Shown here piece by piece: positions 19,900-29,829 of a stretch of DNA of 64,000 nt. The stretch covers positions 512,001-576,000 of the forward strand of contig CBDAOY010000006.1 in assembly GCA_965198225.1 (NCBI GenBank), given 5' to 3'. The notes below the pieces were generated by a model, which had not been told where the DNA came from, did no database searches, and was given only the letters and a program-made list of their open reading frames with translations. Position numbers and translations under genes: made by a program. The DNA is from Terriglobia bacterium (GTDB lineage: Bacteria; Acidobacteriota; Terriglobia; 20CM-2-55-15). Position 1 is the first letter of the stretch. Every line of letters begins with the position of its first letter.

Positions 19900-21291
19900 T
19901 CAGGATGAGGACGTTCCCGGAAGCGACACGCGAAACCCGGCTCCGCCGAGTTGCCCGTCGATGAGTATGACATCCCCTCCCGCGAGCAAAGCACTCTTGC
20001 GCGCTATCGACAGTCCCAGACCCATGCCCTTCTTTTTGAACGTGATCGTCGGTTGAAACAATGAGGCCCGAGCTTCGGGCGTCAAGCCGGGACCGGAATC
20101 GTGGACTTCGACGAAGACACCGTCGCCATCGCACCCGGTAGCGGTGCGGACCCTGCCCTCCGGGCCCGCGGCTTCCGCCGCGTTTTCGAGAAGGTTGGTG
20201 AGGATCCCCCTCGTCTGGTCCGCATCGGCCCACGCCGTCGGCTTCCCCTCATCCAGGCTCAATTCGTATGTCACATCGCGGTGCCCCGGACTGAGGAACG
20301 CCACCCGCTCTTCGATCAGCGCGTTGACGTCCAGCGTTTCCGGGTTCACGGAAGGTTCGCTCGAGAATTCCGAAAACGCGCGGACGCGTCGCTCGAGCGT
20401 TTCCACCTCGTTGACGACGATGCCGGCCGCCTGTTCCATGAACTGGCGATCCTCGCGGTTGCTTCGGGTGAGCATTTCCTCGACCGTCAGCCGGATGGGC
20501 GTCAGCGAGTTCTTGAGTTCATGCGCCATCTTGCGCGCGAGGGCCTGCCAGCTGGCAACCTGCGTGAGGTAGATGAGGCGTTCGCGGCTCTGTTCGAGCC
20601 GGTCGGCCATGTAGTTGAATGCTCGAATCGCCTGTCCGGTTTCGTCGTGACGGTCGGTGTCCAGGCGGACTCCGAGATCGCCTCCGGCCAGCTGCCCCAA
20701 GCCTCCCGTCAGTTGCTGTATCGGCCGGCTGATACGGTACGCCAGGTAGATCAGAGACAGCAGCGACGTAATCCAAACCGCCACCACAAGCGTCACCAGC
20801 GTCAGGATGAACCCGCGTCTGAGGTCGCGGGACAGGGCGACCTCGACCGTCTGCCGCGCCTGGCTGTACTGAGTAGCGAGCTCGTCCATGCGGATGTCGC
20901 CCAGGCTCTTCGAATAGGCGTAAACGGCGCCCTCGTCACGAACGAGGTAATCCAGAACGTTCCCCCCGGGGCCGGAGACATCGAAACGGGCGGCCTCTTC
21001 GCTCTCCCAGAATGCGGCGATAGTTTCGGGCCAGGCTCCACGGTTGGCAGCCAGGTATACCTCATCCGGGGTTCGACCTAGAGTCACCTCCGTTTCAAGC
21101 TCGTGACGAGCCTGTTGGTAGAACTCCCGGGCCGTCTCTTCCAGGGCGAGCGATAGCGCGTCCAGCTCCGTGGTCGTTGCAAGATCCAGGCTGCGATCCA
21201 GCAACGCGGTCGTAATCCATACCGTCGCGATGAGGGGGACGACAGTCGCGGCGACAAAAGCTGCGATCAACCGGTTACGCACCCTGTTCAT
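19900..21291 (-). CDS. HAMP-domain sensor histidine kinase (NtrY-like)
   Basis: Two TM segments, HAMP, ARKMAHELKNSLTPI, NLLENA, DSGPG and GMGLGL. Confidence 0.93.
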   Translation of the reverse strand: MNRVRNRLIAAFVAATVVPLIATVWITTALLDRSLDLATTTELDALSLALEETAREFYQQARHELETEVTLGRTPDEVYLAANRGAWPETIAAFWESEEAARFDVSGPGGNVLDYLVRDEGAVYAYSKSLGDIRMDELATQYSQARQTVEVALSRDLRRGFILTLVTLVVAVWITSLLSLIYLAYRISRPIQQLTGGLGQLAGGDLGVRLDTDRHDETGQAIRAFNYMADRLEQSRERLIYLTQVASWQALARKMAHELKNSLTPIRLTVEEMLTRSNREDRQFMEQAAGIVVNEVETLERRVRAFSEFSSEPSVNPETLDVNALIEERVAFLSPGHRDVTYELSLDEGKPTAWADADQTRGILTNLLENAAEAAGPEGRVRTATGCDGDGVFVEVHDSGPGLTPEARASLFQPTITFKKKGMGLGLSIARKSALLAGGDVILIDGQLGGAGFRVSLPGTSSS

Positions 21292-21303
21292 CGGAGTGTC
21301 GTC

Positions 21304-21580
21304 CTAGTGTCCTGTAACAGAAATAACATCACTATCGCTGACGAGTGTTGCTCGCCCAATCGGACAGTAGTGGGAACGTCATGACGGTCAGCAACCCTGG
21401 AGTTTCATTGGCCGAAGCATGGGCAACACCCGCCAGCCCAAAGGGTTCGGGCGGAACGGGGCCGTCTTCGTTGTCGTCGACTCCTACCAATGAAAGAGCA
21501 TTGCGTTGTCGTCGACTCCTAGAATCCGACCCCGTTGCGCTCCGAACGATAGCGACGTTACTTCTGTTACAGAACACTAG
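21304..21580. mobile_element. 277-bp MITE with IS630-like ends
   Basis: 34-bp terminal inverted repeats match at 30/34 (CTAGTGTCCTGTAACAGAAATAACATCACTATCG), CTAG at both ends, no transposase. One end encodes ...VISVTGH*, like IS630 transposase C-termini. Confidence 0.8.
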
Positions 21581-22167
21581 CGCAAGTCCCTCAGCTGTAC
21601 GGGACCCACTTCCTCCCGGCCCTGGAGCAATTGCTCGCGATCCCGACGGCTGAATATATCGATCAGGTTGCCCAAAGCGACGCCGAATGGTCCCGAGCCG
21701 TCATTCTGGTCTTCCCGGCTCTCCTCGATGAACTGCAACCTTAGCCAGAACGACTGATCTTCATCGAGCCCCGAGATGGGCAAAGAAAGCTTGTCCACGC
21801 ACCACGCTTCGGCATCCCCGGCCGAGAGGTGGGAAACCGAGCTCGGTGTCGGGGCCAGGTGGGTGACGGCAAACTTTTCTTCCCATAGATCGTAACTCAC
21901 CACGCATCGCTGTGTGTCGACCTCGGCGACGGAGAAGTCGATCCGCTTCCGAAGGTCGAGCGTCAGCTTGAACGTGACCGATGCCCCGTTTTGGAGGTGA
22001 TCGAGTGGCGCTTCCACGAGAAAGCGGAGCGAGGGCGCAGAGACCTTCAGGCGGTCACCCTCGAGACGGGCCTTCATGGGCTCGGCAGCCAGCGTGCTGC
22101 CGATCACGGCCAGCGCGAGCACTCCCACCGATGTCGCCCGACGCATGGAGATTCCTCGGCGCCTCAA
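21577..22167 (-). CDS. DUF4390-like periplasmic protein
   Basis: Signal peptide; LQNGASVTFKLTL...VSYDLWEEKF; sits upstream of an NtrY/NtrX-like pair, as DUF4390 genes do. Confidence 0.6.
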   Translation of the reverse strand: MRRRGISMRRATSVGVLALAVIGSTLAAEPMKARLEGDRLKVSAPSLRFLVEAPLDHLQNGASVTFKLTLDLRKRIDFSVAEVDTQRCVVSYDLWEEKFAVTHLAPTPSSVSHLSAGDAEAWCVDKLSLPISGLDEDQSFWLRLQFIEESREDQNDGSGPFGVALGNLIDIFSRRDREQLLQGREEVGPVQLRDLR

Positions 22168-23714
22168 AACCCGACCCCTATCCGGATCCCGACGGTGAAG
22201 ACCGGTTTGAACTCCGACGACTTCAGTGGAAACGCCAGCGAAAGGAACCAGTCGTCATCCGGGTCGTCGCCGTGGAACCCGAATCCCACCGAGTGTCGGA
22301 CGCGGGTTTCCTCACCGCTGTTCCAGGCGGCGCCCGCATCGTAGAACATCTGGAACACGGAGTAGCCATACTCCAGGGAACCATCGACGACCCGATCGGC
22401 TCCATACGGAGTGAGATCGAACTTATTCCAGCCACGCAGAGTCTTCGAGTTTCCGAGCGCAAAGCGTTCGAACAGCGGCGGGGTTCCCTCGATCCGTCCC
22501 GCCTGGAAACGTCCCAGGAAGCGGTTCCGGCCGCGCCTGAACGAGTAGTCGGCGCGGCCCAAGTGGCGGGAGTACACAAAGTCACTGGCGATGTTTCCGG
22601 CTCCCGCCCGGGCCTGGTATTCACCCCTGAACAAGTGCCGGTCCTCGTCCTCGCCCTCACCCCAACGGCGTTCGAAGCGGAGCGAAGCCACCCCTGCATT
22701 GGCGCTCTCGAAGGCCGGTTCTCCCGGCGCCGCGGGCAGCGTCTCCACGTCGAGTTCGGAGATGCTGGTTCCGACGCTGAAGTTGAGTTCGGGTGTGATC
22801 GCGACGGTGATCGACGCGTCGAAGCTCAGGCGTGAGCGGTAGGTGCCCGGCACACCCGGTGCGTCCTGGAGGGCGAGACGAGTAGCCGGCTCCCATTTTT
22901 GTCGGTAGCCGGCGAAAGCCAACCGGACTCCCAGCCGATCCGTCCCAACCCGCACGTTCTGGTAGGAAAGACCAAAACCGGAGAAGCGCTCGATCAGGTC
23001 GTCGGCGTTATAGACCCCATGCAGCGAAACCCGATTGTGACCCACCTCTATGGGCGCTTCCACCGCAAAGCTGAAGTTGTGCTTCGAGTGGTACAGGAAG
23101 AAGGAGGGCAGTTCCCGGAACGGAATCCAGGGTTCCCGCTCCACTTCGAAGATTACCCGTATCTGATCGCGAATCGTGCCTCGCTTGATTCGCCGGGAGA
23201 CCCTCTGACGCGGCCCGAGTTCTTCGGCGATCTTCCTGCGGACACGAGCGGCTTCCTCCTGGTCGAGCCGTTCACCGACCAGATCCTGCATTGCCCGCCG
23301 AACCTCCTCGCTGAGGGTCGATTCGTCCACACCGTCGATCTCGACGCTTTCGATCGTGTAGCGGGAATTGATGTTCGTTCGCAGAGCCTCGTCGTCGCCG
23401 ATCCGCGCGATGAGGAAGATCAGCCGAATTCGGCCCGCCGCGTCGGTGGTCGCGATCTCACGCGTAGCCGCGATGTATTCGGGGAGTTCGAGCCCGACGC
23501 GGTCGGTCAACTCCCGGACGGCGTCCGCGTCGAGCGGCATGCCTTCCAGAGCGCGGATGTCTCTGCGGAGTCCCGGGCTAAGCCGGTCGTCGTCGATCCC
23601 CGTTACCTCGACCGAGTCGATGATCGGTGGCTGACCGGCCGGCGGCACCTGGGCCACCGCCGTTGCGTTCGCCAAGACTGTCGTGATCAACAACGCACGG
23701 ATTAGTCGCTTCAT
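22164..23714 (-). CDS. Omp85/BamA-TamA superfamily outer membrane protein with two POTRA-like domains
   Basis: Signal peptide; two I(D/E)SVE(V/I)xG POTRA-like repeats; FALGNSKTLRGW loop, FYDAGAAW, SVGFG and C-terminal Phe. Confidence 0.8.
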   Translation of the reverse strand: MKRLIRALLITTVLANATAVAQVPPAGQPPIIDSVEVTGIDDDRLSPGLRRDIRALEGMPLDADAVRELTDRVGLELPEYIAATREIATTDAAGRIRLIFLIARIGDDEALRTNINSRYTIESVEIDGVDESTLSEEVRRAMQDLVGERLDQEEAARVRRKIAEELGPRQRVSRRIKRGTIRDQIRVIFEVEREPWIPFRELPSFFLYHSKHNFSFAVEAPIEVGHNRVSLHGVYNADDLIERFSGFGLSYQNVRVGTDRLGVRLAFAGYRQKWEPATRLALQDAPGVPGTYRSRLSFDASITVAITPELNFSVGTSISELDVETLPAAPGEPAFESANAGVASLRFERRWGEGEDEDRHLFRGEYQARAGAGNIASDFVYSRHLGRADYSFRRGRNRFLGRFQAGRIEGTPPLFERFALGNSKTLRGWNKFDLTPYGADRVVDGSLEYGYSVFQMFYDAGAAWNSGEETRVRHSVGFGFHGDDPDDDWFLSLAFPLKSSEFKPVFTVGIRIGVGF

Positions 23715-24031
23715 GCGCGTCGTCACAGCACATCCTCGTCCATTGTCTAAGCCTTTGAGGATACTGGAAAATGGACGCTGTCGACCGTGAAAGGGAAGCA
23801 CGGGTGGGGCGCAATCCGCACGCTTCGGTGATTTCTCGCGAGCTCTGTCGAACTTAAACGACTCAAATCTGCATGCGGGTGAACCCAGTCACCCGGCGGG
23901 CCGCGCCGTCAACACGTTAGAGCGGCCGTGTTCAGTTGCAAACACCCGTCTTAGCGGCTTTGTTTCTGGGAAGTGACTTGCCTCGAGTAATACCACAGAG
24001 GCTCAGACAGCCCGGCGTATGATGGAGGGAC

Positions 24032-25081
24032 ATGACAAGCAGGGGAAAAAATTTTCTGATCGGCGGTTTGATCGCGTTCGGAGCCCTGGCGGTGTTGGTC
24101 ATTGCCGTTGCGATAGGTTTCGGAGTCTGGTTGAACCAGCCTGGAGAGTTGCTGGATCCGGCCCGCTTGCTCAGCAGTGACGCGACCGGATACGCCGAGT
24201 GGACCCTGCGTCTGGACGATCCAGGAACCGAGGGTTTCGTCGAGTTGCTGATCGAGGCGATTCAGGAAATGCCACGCGAGGTCGAGGACTCCCTGCCGTC
24301 GTTCCTGCAAGTGTGGGTTACAGATGCCCGAAACGACCAGGTCCGCGGAGACATCGAGGAAGCGCTCCCAACGGTGGTCGCGTGGACACTCCATCCCGCG
24401 CAGTCGACCGACGAAGATCTGCACCTGTTGAGCGTCAGCGTGCAACCCATGGCCAACCGCGTGCGGTTCGCCGACTGGATGGCTGGATTCGTTCTGGACC
24501 GATCAGATCGGTCGATGGTCCACAGGTACGAGGGGGAGAAGATCTACCAGTTCAAAGTCGGCGAGCGCGAACTCGAGCTGACCCTTTTTGGATGGAGAGG
24601 AGCCCTTTTCGCCACGACGGACTTGGCGATGGCCCGACAGGCGGTGGATCTGCTGCGCCAGGACGGGCGTCAGGACCAGGATCGGACCGAGTTGGAGCGA
24701 CTGTTTGCCAGGACACGCGACACTGACCCGCTCCGGGCCGCGATCACCAACCAGCACGGCGAGGTCTATCGGTTGTTGGAAACCGCCCGTGGCAGACCCA
24801 TCGACTACCAGGAAGAATGGCAGGCCTTACAGGGCGGCGATCTGACGGGTGGTCTGCGAGCCGATGGGACGTTCGAGGCGATGATCGAGTTGATCGCCCC
24901 GGATATCGAGTGGTCCGAGGCTCAGGTGCAGGGGATGGAGGAGGCATTCCGACTTGGCCTGGAACGGATCCCTTTGGAATTCGCAGTCCAGGCAACCGTC
25001 ATGGACGACGGACTACGGCTGGACATCCGGGTTCCGAACCTGGTGGTGTCGCTGAGCCACTTGGTGGAACGGGTCCGCTAG
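24032..25081 (+). CDS. Hypothetical N-terminally anchored protein
   Basis: GGAGGG RBS, single TM segment, 349-aa coding-like frame. Confidence 0.75.
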   Translation: MTSRGKNFLIGGLIAFGALAVLVIAVAIGFGVWLNQPGELLDPARLLSSDATGYAEWTLRLDDPGTEGFVELLIEAIQEMPREVEDSLPSFLQVWVTDARNDQVRGDIEEALPTVVAWTLHPAQSTDEDLHLLSVSVQPMANRVRFADWMAGFVLDRSDRSMVHRYEGEKIYQFKVGERELELTLFGWRGALFATTDLAMARQAVDLLRQDGRQDQDRTELERLFARTRDTDPLRAAITNQHGEVYRLLETARGRPIDYQEEWQALQGGDLTGGLRADGTFEAMIELIAPDIEWSEAQVQGMEEAFRLGLERIPLEFAVQATVMDDGLRLDIRVPNLVVSLSHLVERVR

Positions 25082-25211
25082 GTCTAGCCACCCGGTCATC
25101 TATCGGGAGACACGTCGATCGGCGCACCTGGACGGTCTGCCGACTGATCAGCCAGGCCTACTCCCGCTTCTTCTTCTCAAAACGAACAGCCAATCTGCCG
25201 GAGTACCAATA

Positions 25212-25676
25212 ATGTTGAAGAATGCCGGATACGTGTTCCTCTTTGCCTTACCCGTTGCCTTGCTCGCCGTGATCGCCCTTCAGCGCGGGCTGCCCGTCGG
25301 GCCGGTTGTGTTTGGACTCGGGTTCATCCCGATGATCGGACTGCTGATCCGACTCCGGGATTTCACGGGCAGCCTCCCCGACATGGTGTTCGGCGCACTG
25401 GACACGGGACTTCTCGTTGTACCTGCACTCTGGGGAGGGATGGCTTTCGGAGTGGCGGGTGCGGTCGCAGGTGGTGTTGTTGGAGATGCTCTGACAGACG
25501 CCATTGCCGGATTCTTCGAGGGCAGCATCGACGAGTCCTTGCGGAGGAAAGGCATTACCGCATCCCGGGAAGCCGTGACCACTGCCCTGGGTAAGATGAC
25601 CGGGTGCCTTCTTGGAGCAGGAACTGTCTTGACGGTGGCTTGGCTGGTCGGAATTCAACCTGAGTTCGGCGGATAG
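25212..25676 (+). CDS. Hypothetical small membrane protein
   Basis: Gly-rich TM segments; FGALDTG and GDALTDAIAGFFEG. Confidence 0.7.
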   Translation: MLKNAGYVFLFALPVALLAVIALQRGLPVGPVVFGLGFIPMIGLLIRLRDFTGSLPDMVFGALDTGLLVVPALWGGMAFGVAGAVAGGVVGDALTDAIAGFFEGSIDESLRRKGITASREAVTTALGKMTGCLLGAGTVLTVAWLVGIQPEFGG

Positions 25677-25747
25677 TGATCAGCACGAAACCGTGGTACC
25701 TTGCCGCGGGCTGCATCCGAGCGCGACTATCTTCGATGGGCCTCAGC

Positions 25748-26143
25748 TCAAGTCTGCGCGAATTGCTCCGTCGTATAGTCCCGCGTCAGGAGCTCGAGGA
25801 GATGGCCGTTCGGATCACGGAAGTAGACCCCCCGTCCACCGTTCCAGTGGTTGATCGCCATGTTCTCGGGAGTCCCCGGACCACTTCCGTAGACGAGGCC
25901 CGCGTCGACGATCCGGCCGAAGATCTCGTCGAACTCGACTTCGCTCACCTTGAACGCGAAGTGCCGGGGCTTGAACGAGGTGCGGTTTTCGAAATCCAGC
26001 GTCAGTGACTGGCTGGGGATCTTGATGGGCGCGAAGTGACCCATGGGTCCTTCATACTCGAATCCGAACATGTGTGTGTAAAAGCGCACGGATTCTTCCT
26101 TGTCGCTGGCGGGAACGATCGTGTGATTCAGTTCGATGGTTAT
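25748..26143 (-). CDS. VOC/glyoxalase family protein (apparent ATA start)
   Basis: TIELNHTIVPA, HFAFKV and GRGVYFRDPNGHLLEL; GGGAGG lies 8 nt before ATA at 26143. Confidence 0.85.
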   Translation of the reverse strand: MTIELNHTIVPASDKEESVRFYTHMFGFEYEGPMGHFAPIKIPSQSLTLDFENRTSFKPRHFAFKVSEVEFDEIFGRIVDAGLVYGSGPGTPENMAINHWNGGRGVYFRDPNGHLLELLTRDYTTEQFAQT

Positions 26144-26397
26144 GAGACCGGCCTCCCTTTCACTCGGCTGTGACCCCGATTCTTCAGACTTGAGTATAAC
26201 CGCCGCCCCGAACATCTTCACTCGCTCATGAGGGCCGAGCGGACCGGCCGCCGAAGGGTGTTCCGGGACTCGAACGAGATCGATGTCCAACTGGATCGAG
26301 TGGAGTCGCAGCTGAGCTTAATCCGTGCGCGGAGCCGAGGATGCGCCCGATTCCCCCAGTCTGCCCAAATGTCAGCTGTGCGTACTAATTAGGGCTC

Positions 26398-27621
26398 CTA
26401 TACCTTCGATTTCCGGCCGTCGGAGGTCGATCTTTCTTGTTCGAGAACCTTGCGCTTCAAAGTTGCCCCCCAGCGATACTCGCCGGTATCGCCGTCCTTC
26501 CGAACCACGCGGTGGCACGGAATGACCAACGCGGCGGGGTTGGATGCGCACGCCCTGGCAACGGCTCTAACTGCCTTCGGTTTGCCGATCTGCTGCGCGA
26601 TCTCGCTGTAGGACCGGCGATCCCCGTAGGGAACCGTTCGAAGCTCCTGCCACACGCGCCACTGGAAGGCTGTGGCTCGGATGTCGAGCGGTAGATCCAG
26701 ATGGGGGTGTTCTCCTTTCAGATGATCGAGGAGGATGCGGACAAAGATTTCCAGGTCCTGGTCGTCGCGACGGACATCGGCGCCGGAGTACTCCTGAAGG
26801 AACGACGTCCGGAGCTTTCGCTCAGATTGGCCCAGCTGAACGGCGCAGACGCCCCGGTCCGTCGTGGCGACCAGCATGTAGCTGAACGGACATGGGGCAA
26901 CCGTGTAACGCAAGGAAGCTCCCCGACCCGCCCGCCCGTAAGTCGCCGGCGTCATTCCAAGCTGCGACGACGCCCGTTCATAGAGGCCCCTGCTGGACCC
27001 GTACCCTGCCTGGTAGAGGGCGGCCGTCAGAGATTCACCTTCCCGAACGAGGCTCTTGAACCGGCTTAAACGACAGGCATCGGCATACTGCCGCGGGGTG
27101 ACACCAAGCAGCCGTTTGAAGGTCCGCTGAAGGTGGTACGAGCTGACTCCCACTTTTTCCGCGAGTTCGTCCAGCGTCAAACTGTCCGCCGCGCCGTCCT
27201 CGACGAGACGACAGATGCGCTGTGCCATCTCCAGGTGACGATCCTCTATGGCAGCTTCCCGTGGCCGACACCGACGACAAGATCGAAACCCCGCGCCTTC
27301 CGCGGCCTCCGGAATCGCGAAGAACAATACCTGGTTTCGACGGGGACGGCGGGCCGGACAGGATGGGTGGCAGTATATTCCAGTGGACCGGACTGCGAAC
27401 ACAAACGTTCCGTCACGGCTGGCGTCTCTGGAACAGACGGCTTCCCAAAGGCCTGCTTCACCGGCAACGTCTGGTCCAGGGCCTCGTTTCTTCAAGATTC
27501 GATCTTCGCTCTGAATTGCGGTTGAGATCACTGCTGAATCCTCCTCTTGCTGCAAACAAGATAGAGGATCTGCGTTCAGGGAATCCATCCGGTTCTTGCT
27601 TTCAAACCAGCTTTGGAGCAC
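26398..27621 (-). CDS. ada: Bifunctional transcriptional activator/O6-methylguanine-DNA methyltransferase Ada (start uncertain)
   Basis: Zn site TGIYCHPSC...GFRSCRRCRP, AraC-type HTH and active site IPCHRV. Confidence 0.93.
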   Translation of the reverse strand: MLQSWFESKNRMDSLNADPLSCLQQEEDSAVISTAIQSEDRILKKRGPGPDVAGEAGLWEAVCSRDASRDGTFVFAVRSTGIYCHPSCPARRPRRNQVLFFAIPEAAEGAGFRSCRRCRPREAAIEDRHLEMAQRICRLVEDGAADSLTLDELAEKVGVSSYHLQRTFKRLLGVTPRQYADACRLSRFKSLVREGESLTAALYQAGYGSSRGLYERASSQLGMTPATYGRAGRGASLRYTVAPCPFSYMLVATTDRGVCAVQLGQSERKLRTSFLQEYSGADVRRDDQDLEIFVRILLDHLKGEHPHLDLPLDIRATAFQWRVWQELRTVPYGDRRSYSEIAQQIGKPKAVRAVARACASNPAALVIPCHRVVRKDGDTGEYRWGATLKRKVLEQERSTSDGRKSKV

Positions 27622-27749
27622 GGCCCTGTGCGGCTTCCAGATCGGTGAGTCCGGAAAAGATGCAGTTTGTTGGCTGAATCATGGGAATTTGGTGGCCAGG
27701 TTCTGCCGACGTCAAGCAGTTTTGGTACATTGTTCGGTTGAGGCTACTC

Positions 27750-28694
27750 ATGTCCAAGGCACTATCGTGCAGACGACTCTTCAAGCGCTATGAGAGCGGG
27801 AAGAAAGCCGTCGATGCCGTTCGCGGACTGGACCTGGAAGTCGAGCAGGGAGAGTGCTTCGGGTTGCTGGGCCCGAACGGCGCCGGCAAGACGACCACTG
27901 TAGAAATCCTGGAGGGTCTGCTTGAACCGACATCGGGAGAGGTCGAGATACTCGGCCGGCGATGGGGCGTGGGCCGCGATCACCAACTGCGACAGCGGTT
28001 GGGAATTACTCTCCAGGAAACGAAGCTGGTCGAGAAGCTGAGCGTCCTGGAAACCCTCCGGCTCTTCCGGAGTTTCTACGACGAAGGGAGCGATCCGGAG
28101 GAGACCCTGGCGCGGGTTGGCCTCGAGGAAAAGTCCGCAACGTGGATCCGAAAGCTGTCAGGAGGACAGAGGCAACGAGTGGCGGTCGCCTGCGCGCTGG
28201 TCGGCAGACCCGAACTGCTTTTCCTCGACGAGCCGACGACGGGACTCGATCCGCAGGCGCGCCGGCAGCTCTGGGAAGTGGTCACGAGCTTGAAGCGGGA
28301 AGGCAGGACGATTCTCCTCACGACCCACTACATGGACGAGGCCGAGAGGCTTTGTGACCGCGTGGCAGTCATCGATCACGGAAAAGTTATCGCCCTGGGT
28401 TCTCCCAGAGAGCTGATCTCCGGTCTGGGCGGCGAGCACGTCATCGAGTTCAGCCTGGAACCTGACGGGCGGACGGTCGACGCGGCGCTGTTCTCCCGAA
28501 TCGAGGACGTCAGCAAGGCCGTGGAGGAGGCCGAGAGTTACCTGCTCACCGTGTCGGAGCCCCATCGCACGATCCCCGCATTTCTGGAGCTGCTTCGGCG
28601 CGAGAAGCTCGAGTTGAAGAGCCTCACCACACGCCATGTCAACCTGGAGGACGTCTTTGTGACCTTGACCGGGAGGCATCTTCGTGACGATTGA
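27750..28694 (+). CDS. ABC-2 type transporter ATP-binding protein
   Basis: GPNGAGKTT, LSGGQRQR, LDEPTTGLD and TTHYMDEAE. Confidence 0.95.
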   Translation: MSKALSCRRLFKRYESGKKAVDAVRGLDLEVEQGECFGLLGPNGAGKTTTVEILEGLLEPTSGEVEILGRRWGVGRDHQLRQRLGITLQETKLVEKLSVLETLRLFRSFYDEGSDPEETLARVGLEEKSATWIRKLSGGQRQRVAVACALVGRPELLFLDEPTTGLDPQARRQLWEVVTSLKREGRTILLTTHYMDEAERLCDRVAVIDHGKVIALGSPRELISGLGGEHVIEFSLEPDGRTVDAALFSRIEDVSKAVEEAESYLLTVSEPHRTIPAFLELLRREKLELKSLTTRHVNLEDVFVTLTGRHLRDD

Positions 28695-29727
28695 CCGCAG
28701 GCCGTTCTTTCAGCTCATCCTGACTCACCTGCGGGGGTATCTCCGGGAGCCGGGGGCCATATTCTGGACCTACGGCTTTCCTTTGATCATGGTGATCGGG
28801 CTCGGGCTGGCGTTCAACGACGAGACGGAAGTTCGGACACCATTTACGGTGTCCGAACAAGCAGCGTCCCACCCGTTCATCAAAGCGCTGGAAGAGGACA
28901 CGAGGTTCGAAATTGATGTTCACCCCATCGATACAGCGCTCGCCCGCTTGCGCAGGAACCAGACCCCCCTGGTCGTGTCGTTTGACGAGACCGACGGCTT
29001 CGAATACTTCTTCGATCCAACCAACCCGGAAGGAAACGCCACCCGTTCCAGGGTCGACGACGCACTGCAAAGGGAGGGCGGAAGAACCGATGCCTTCGAA
29101 TCGAGGTCTCGGGAAACGGACGCTCCAGGTTCCCGCTATGTCGATTTCCTGGTTCCCGGCCTGATCGGGATGAACATCATGGGTGCGGGGCTCTGGGGTG
29201 TCGGATTCAGCACCGTGGACCTCAGGATCAAGAACCTGCTGAAGCGTCTCGTGGCGACCCCCATGAAGCGAAGCCACTTTCTGCTTTCCCTTGTCGGCAG
29301 TCGGATCGTTTTCTTCATACCCGAAATGCTCTTCCTTCTGGCAGCGTCCCATCTCATATTCGGAGTGCCTATCGCGGGCGACTACTTCAGCGTTCTCTTC
29401 ATCGCCTTTCTTGGCTCCCTGACGTTTGCCGGGCTGGGCTTGCTGACCGCGTCCCGTGCCCGGAGAATCGAGAGCATCAGCGGTCTGATGAACCTGGTGA
29501 TGGTCCCGATGTGGCTCTGCTCGGGGGTCTTCTTCTCGGCGGAGCGGTTCCCTGATTTCATGCAACCGTTCGTCCAGGCACTGCCGCTGACACAGTTGAT
29601 CAACGCACTTCGCGCTGTGATTCTCGTCGGCGAGCCGCTGGCCTCACAGGGCCTTGCGATCGGGATATTAAGCGCATGGTGTGCCATTGCCTACCTGCTG
29701 GCAATCAAGTTGTTCCGATGGGTCTGA
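28684..29727 (+). CDS. ABC-2 type transporter permease
   Basis: YVDFLVPGLIGM, LKRLVATP and LPLTQLINALR; overlaps the ATPase stop. Confidence 0.92.
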   Translation: MTIDRRPFFQLILTHLRGYLREPGAIFWTYGFPLIMVIGLGLAFNDETEVRTPFTVSEQAASHPFIKALEEDTRFEIDVHPIDTALARLRRNQTPLVVSFDETDGFEYFFDPTNPEGNATRSRVDDALQREGGRTDAFESRSRETDAPGSRYVDFLVPGLIGMNIMGAGLWGVGFSTVDLRIKNLLKRLVATPMKRSHFLLSLVGSRIVFFIPEMLFLLAASHLIFGVPIAGDYFSVLFIAFLGSLTFAGLGLLTASRARRIESISGLMNLVMVPMWLCSGVFFSAERFPDFMQPFVQALPLTQLINALRAVILVGEPLASQGLAIGILSAWCAIAYLLAIKLFRWV

Positions 29728-29829
29728 ACTCTTGCCAGTTCACGCGTGTTCCTCAAGAGCACCAGTTGGAATTCGGCGACATCGACAAGTACTGGAAACC
29801 GAACGAGGGATAGACACAGGAGAAGACAC

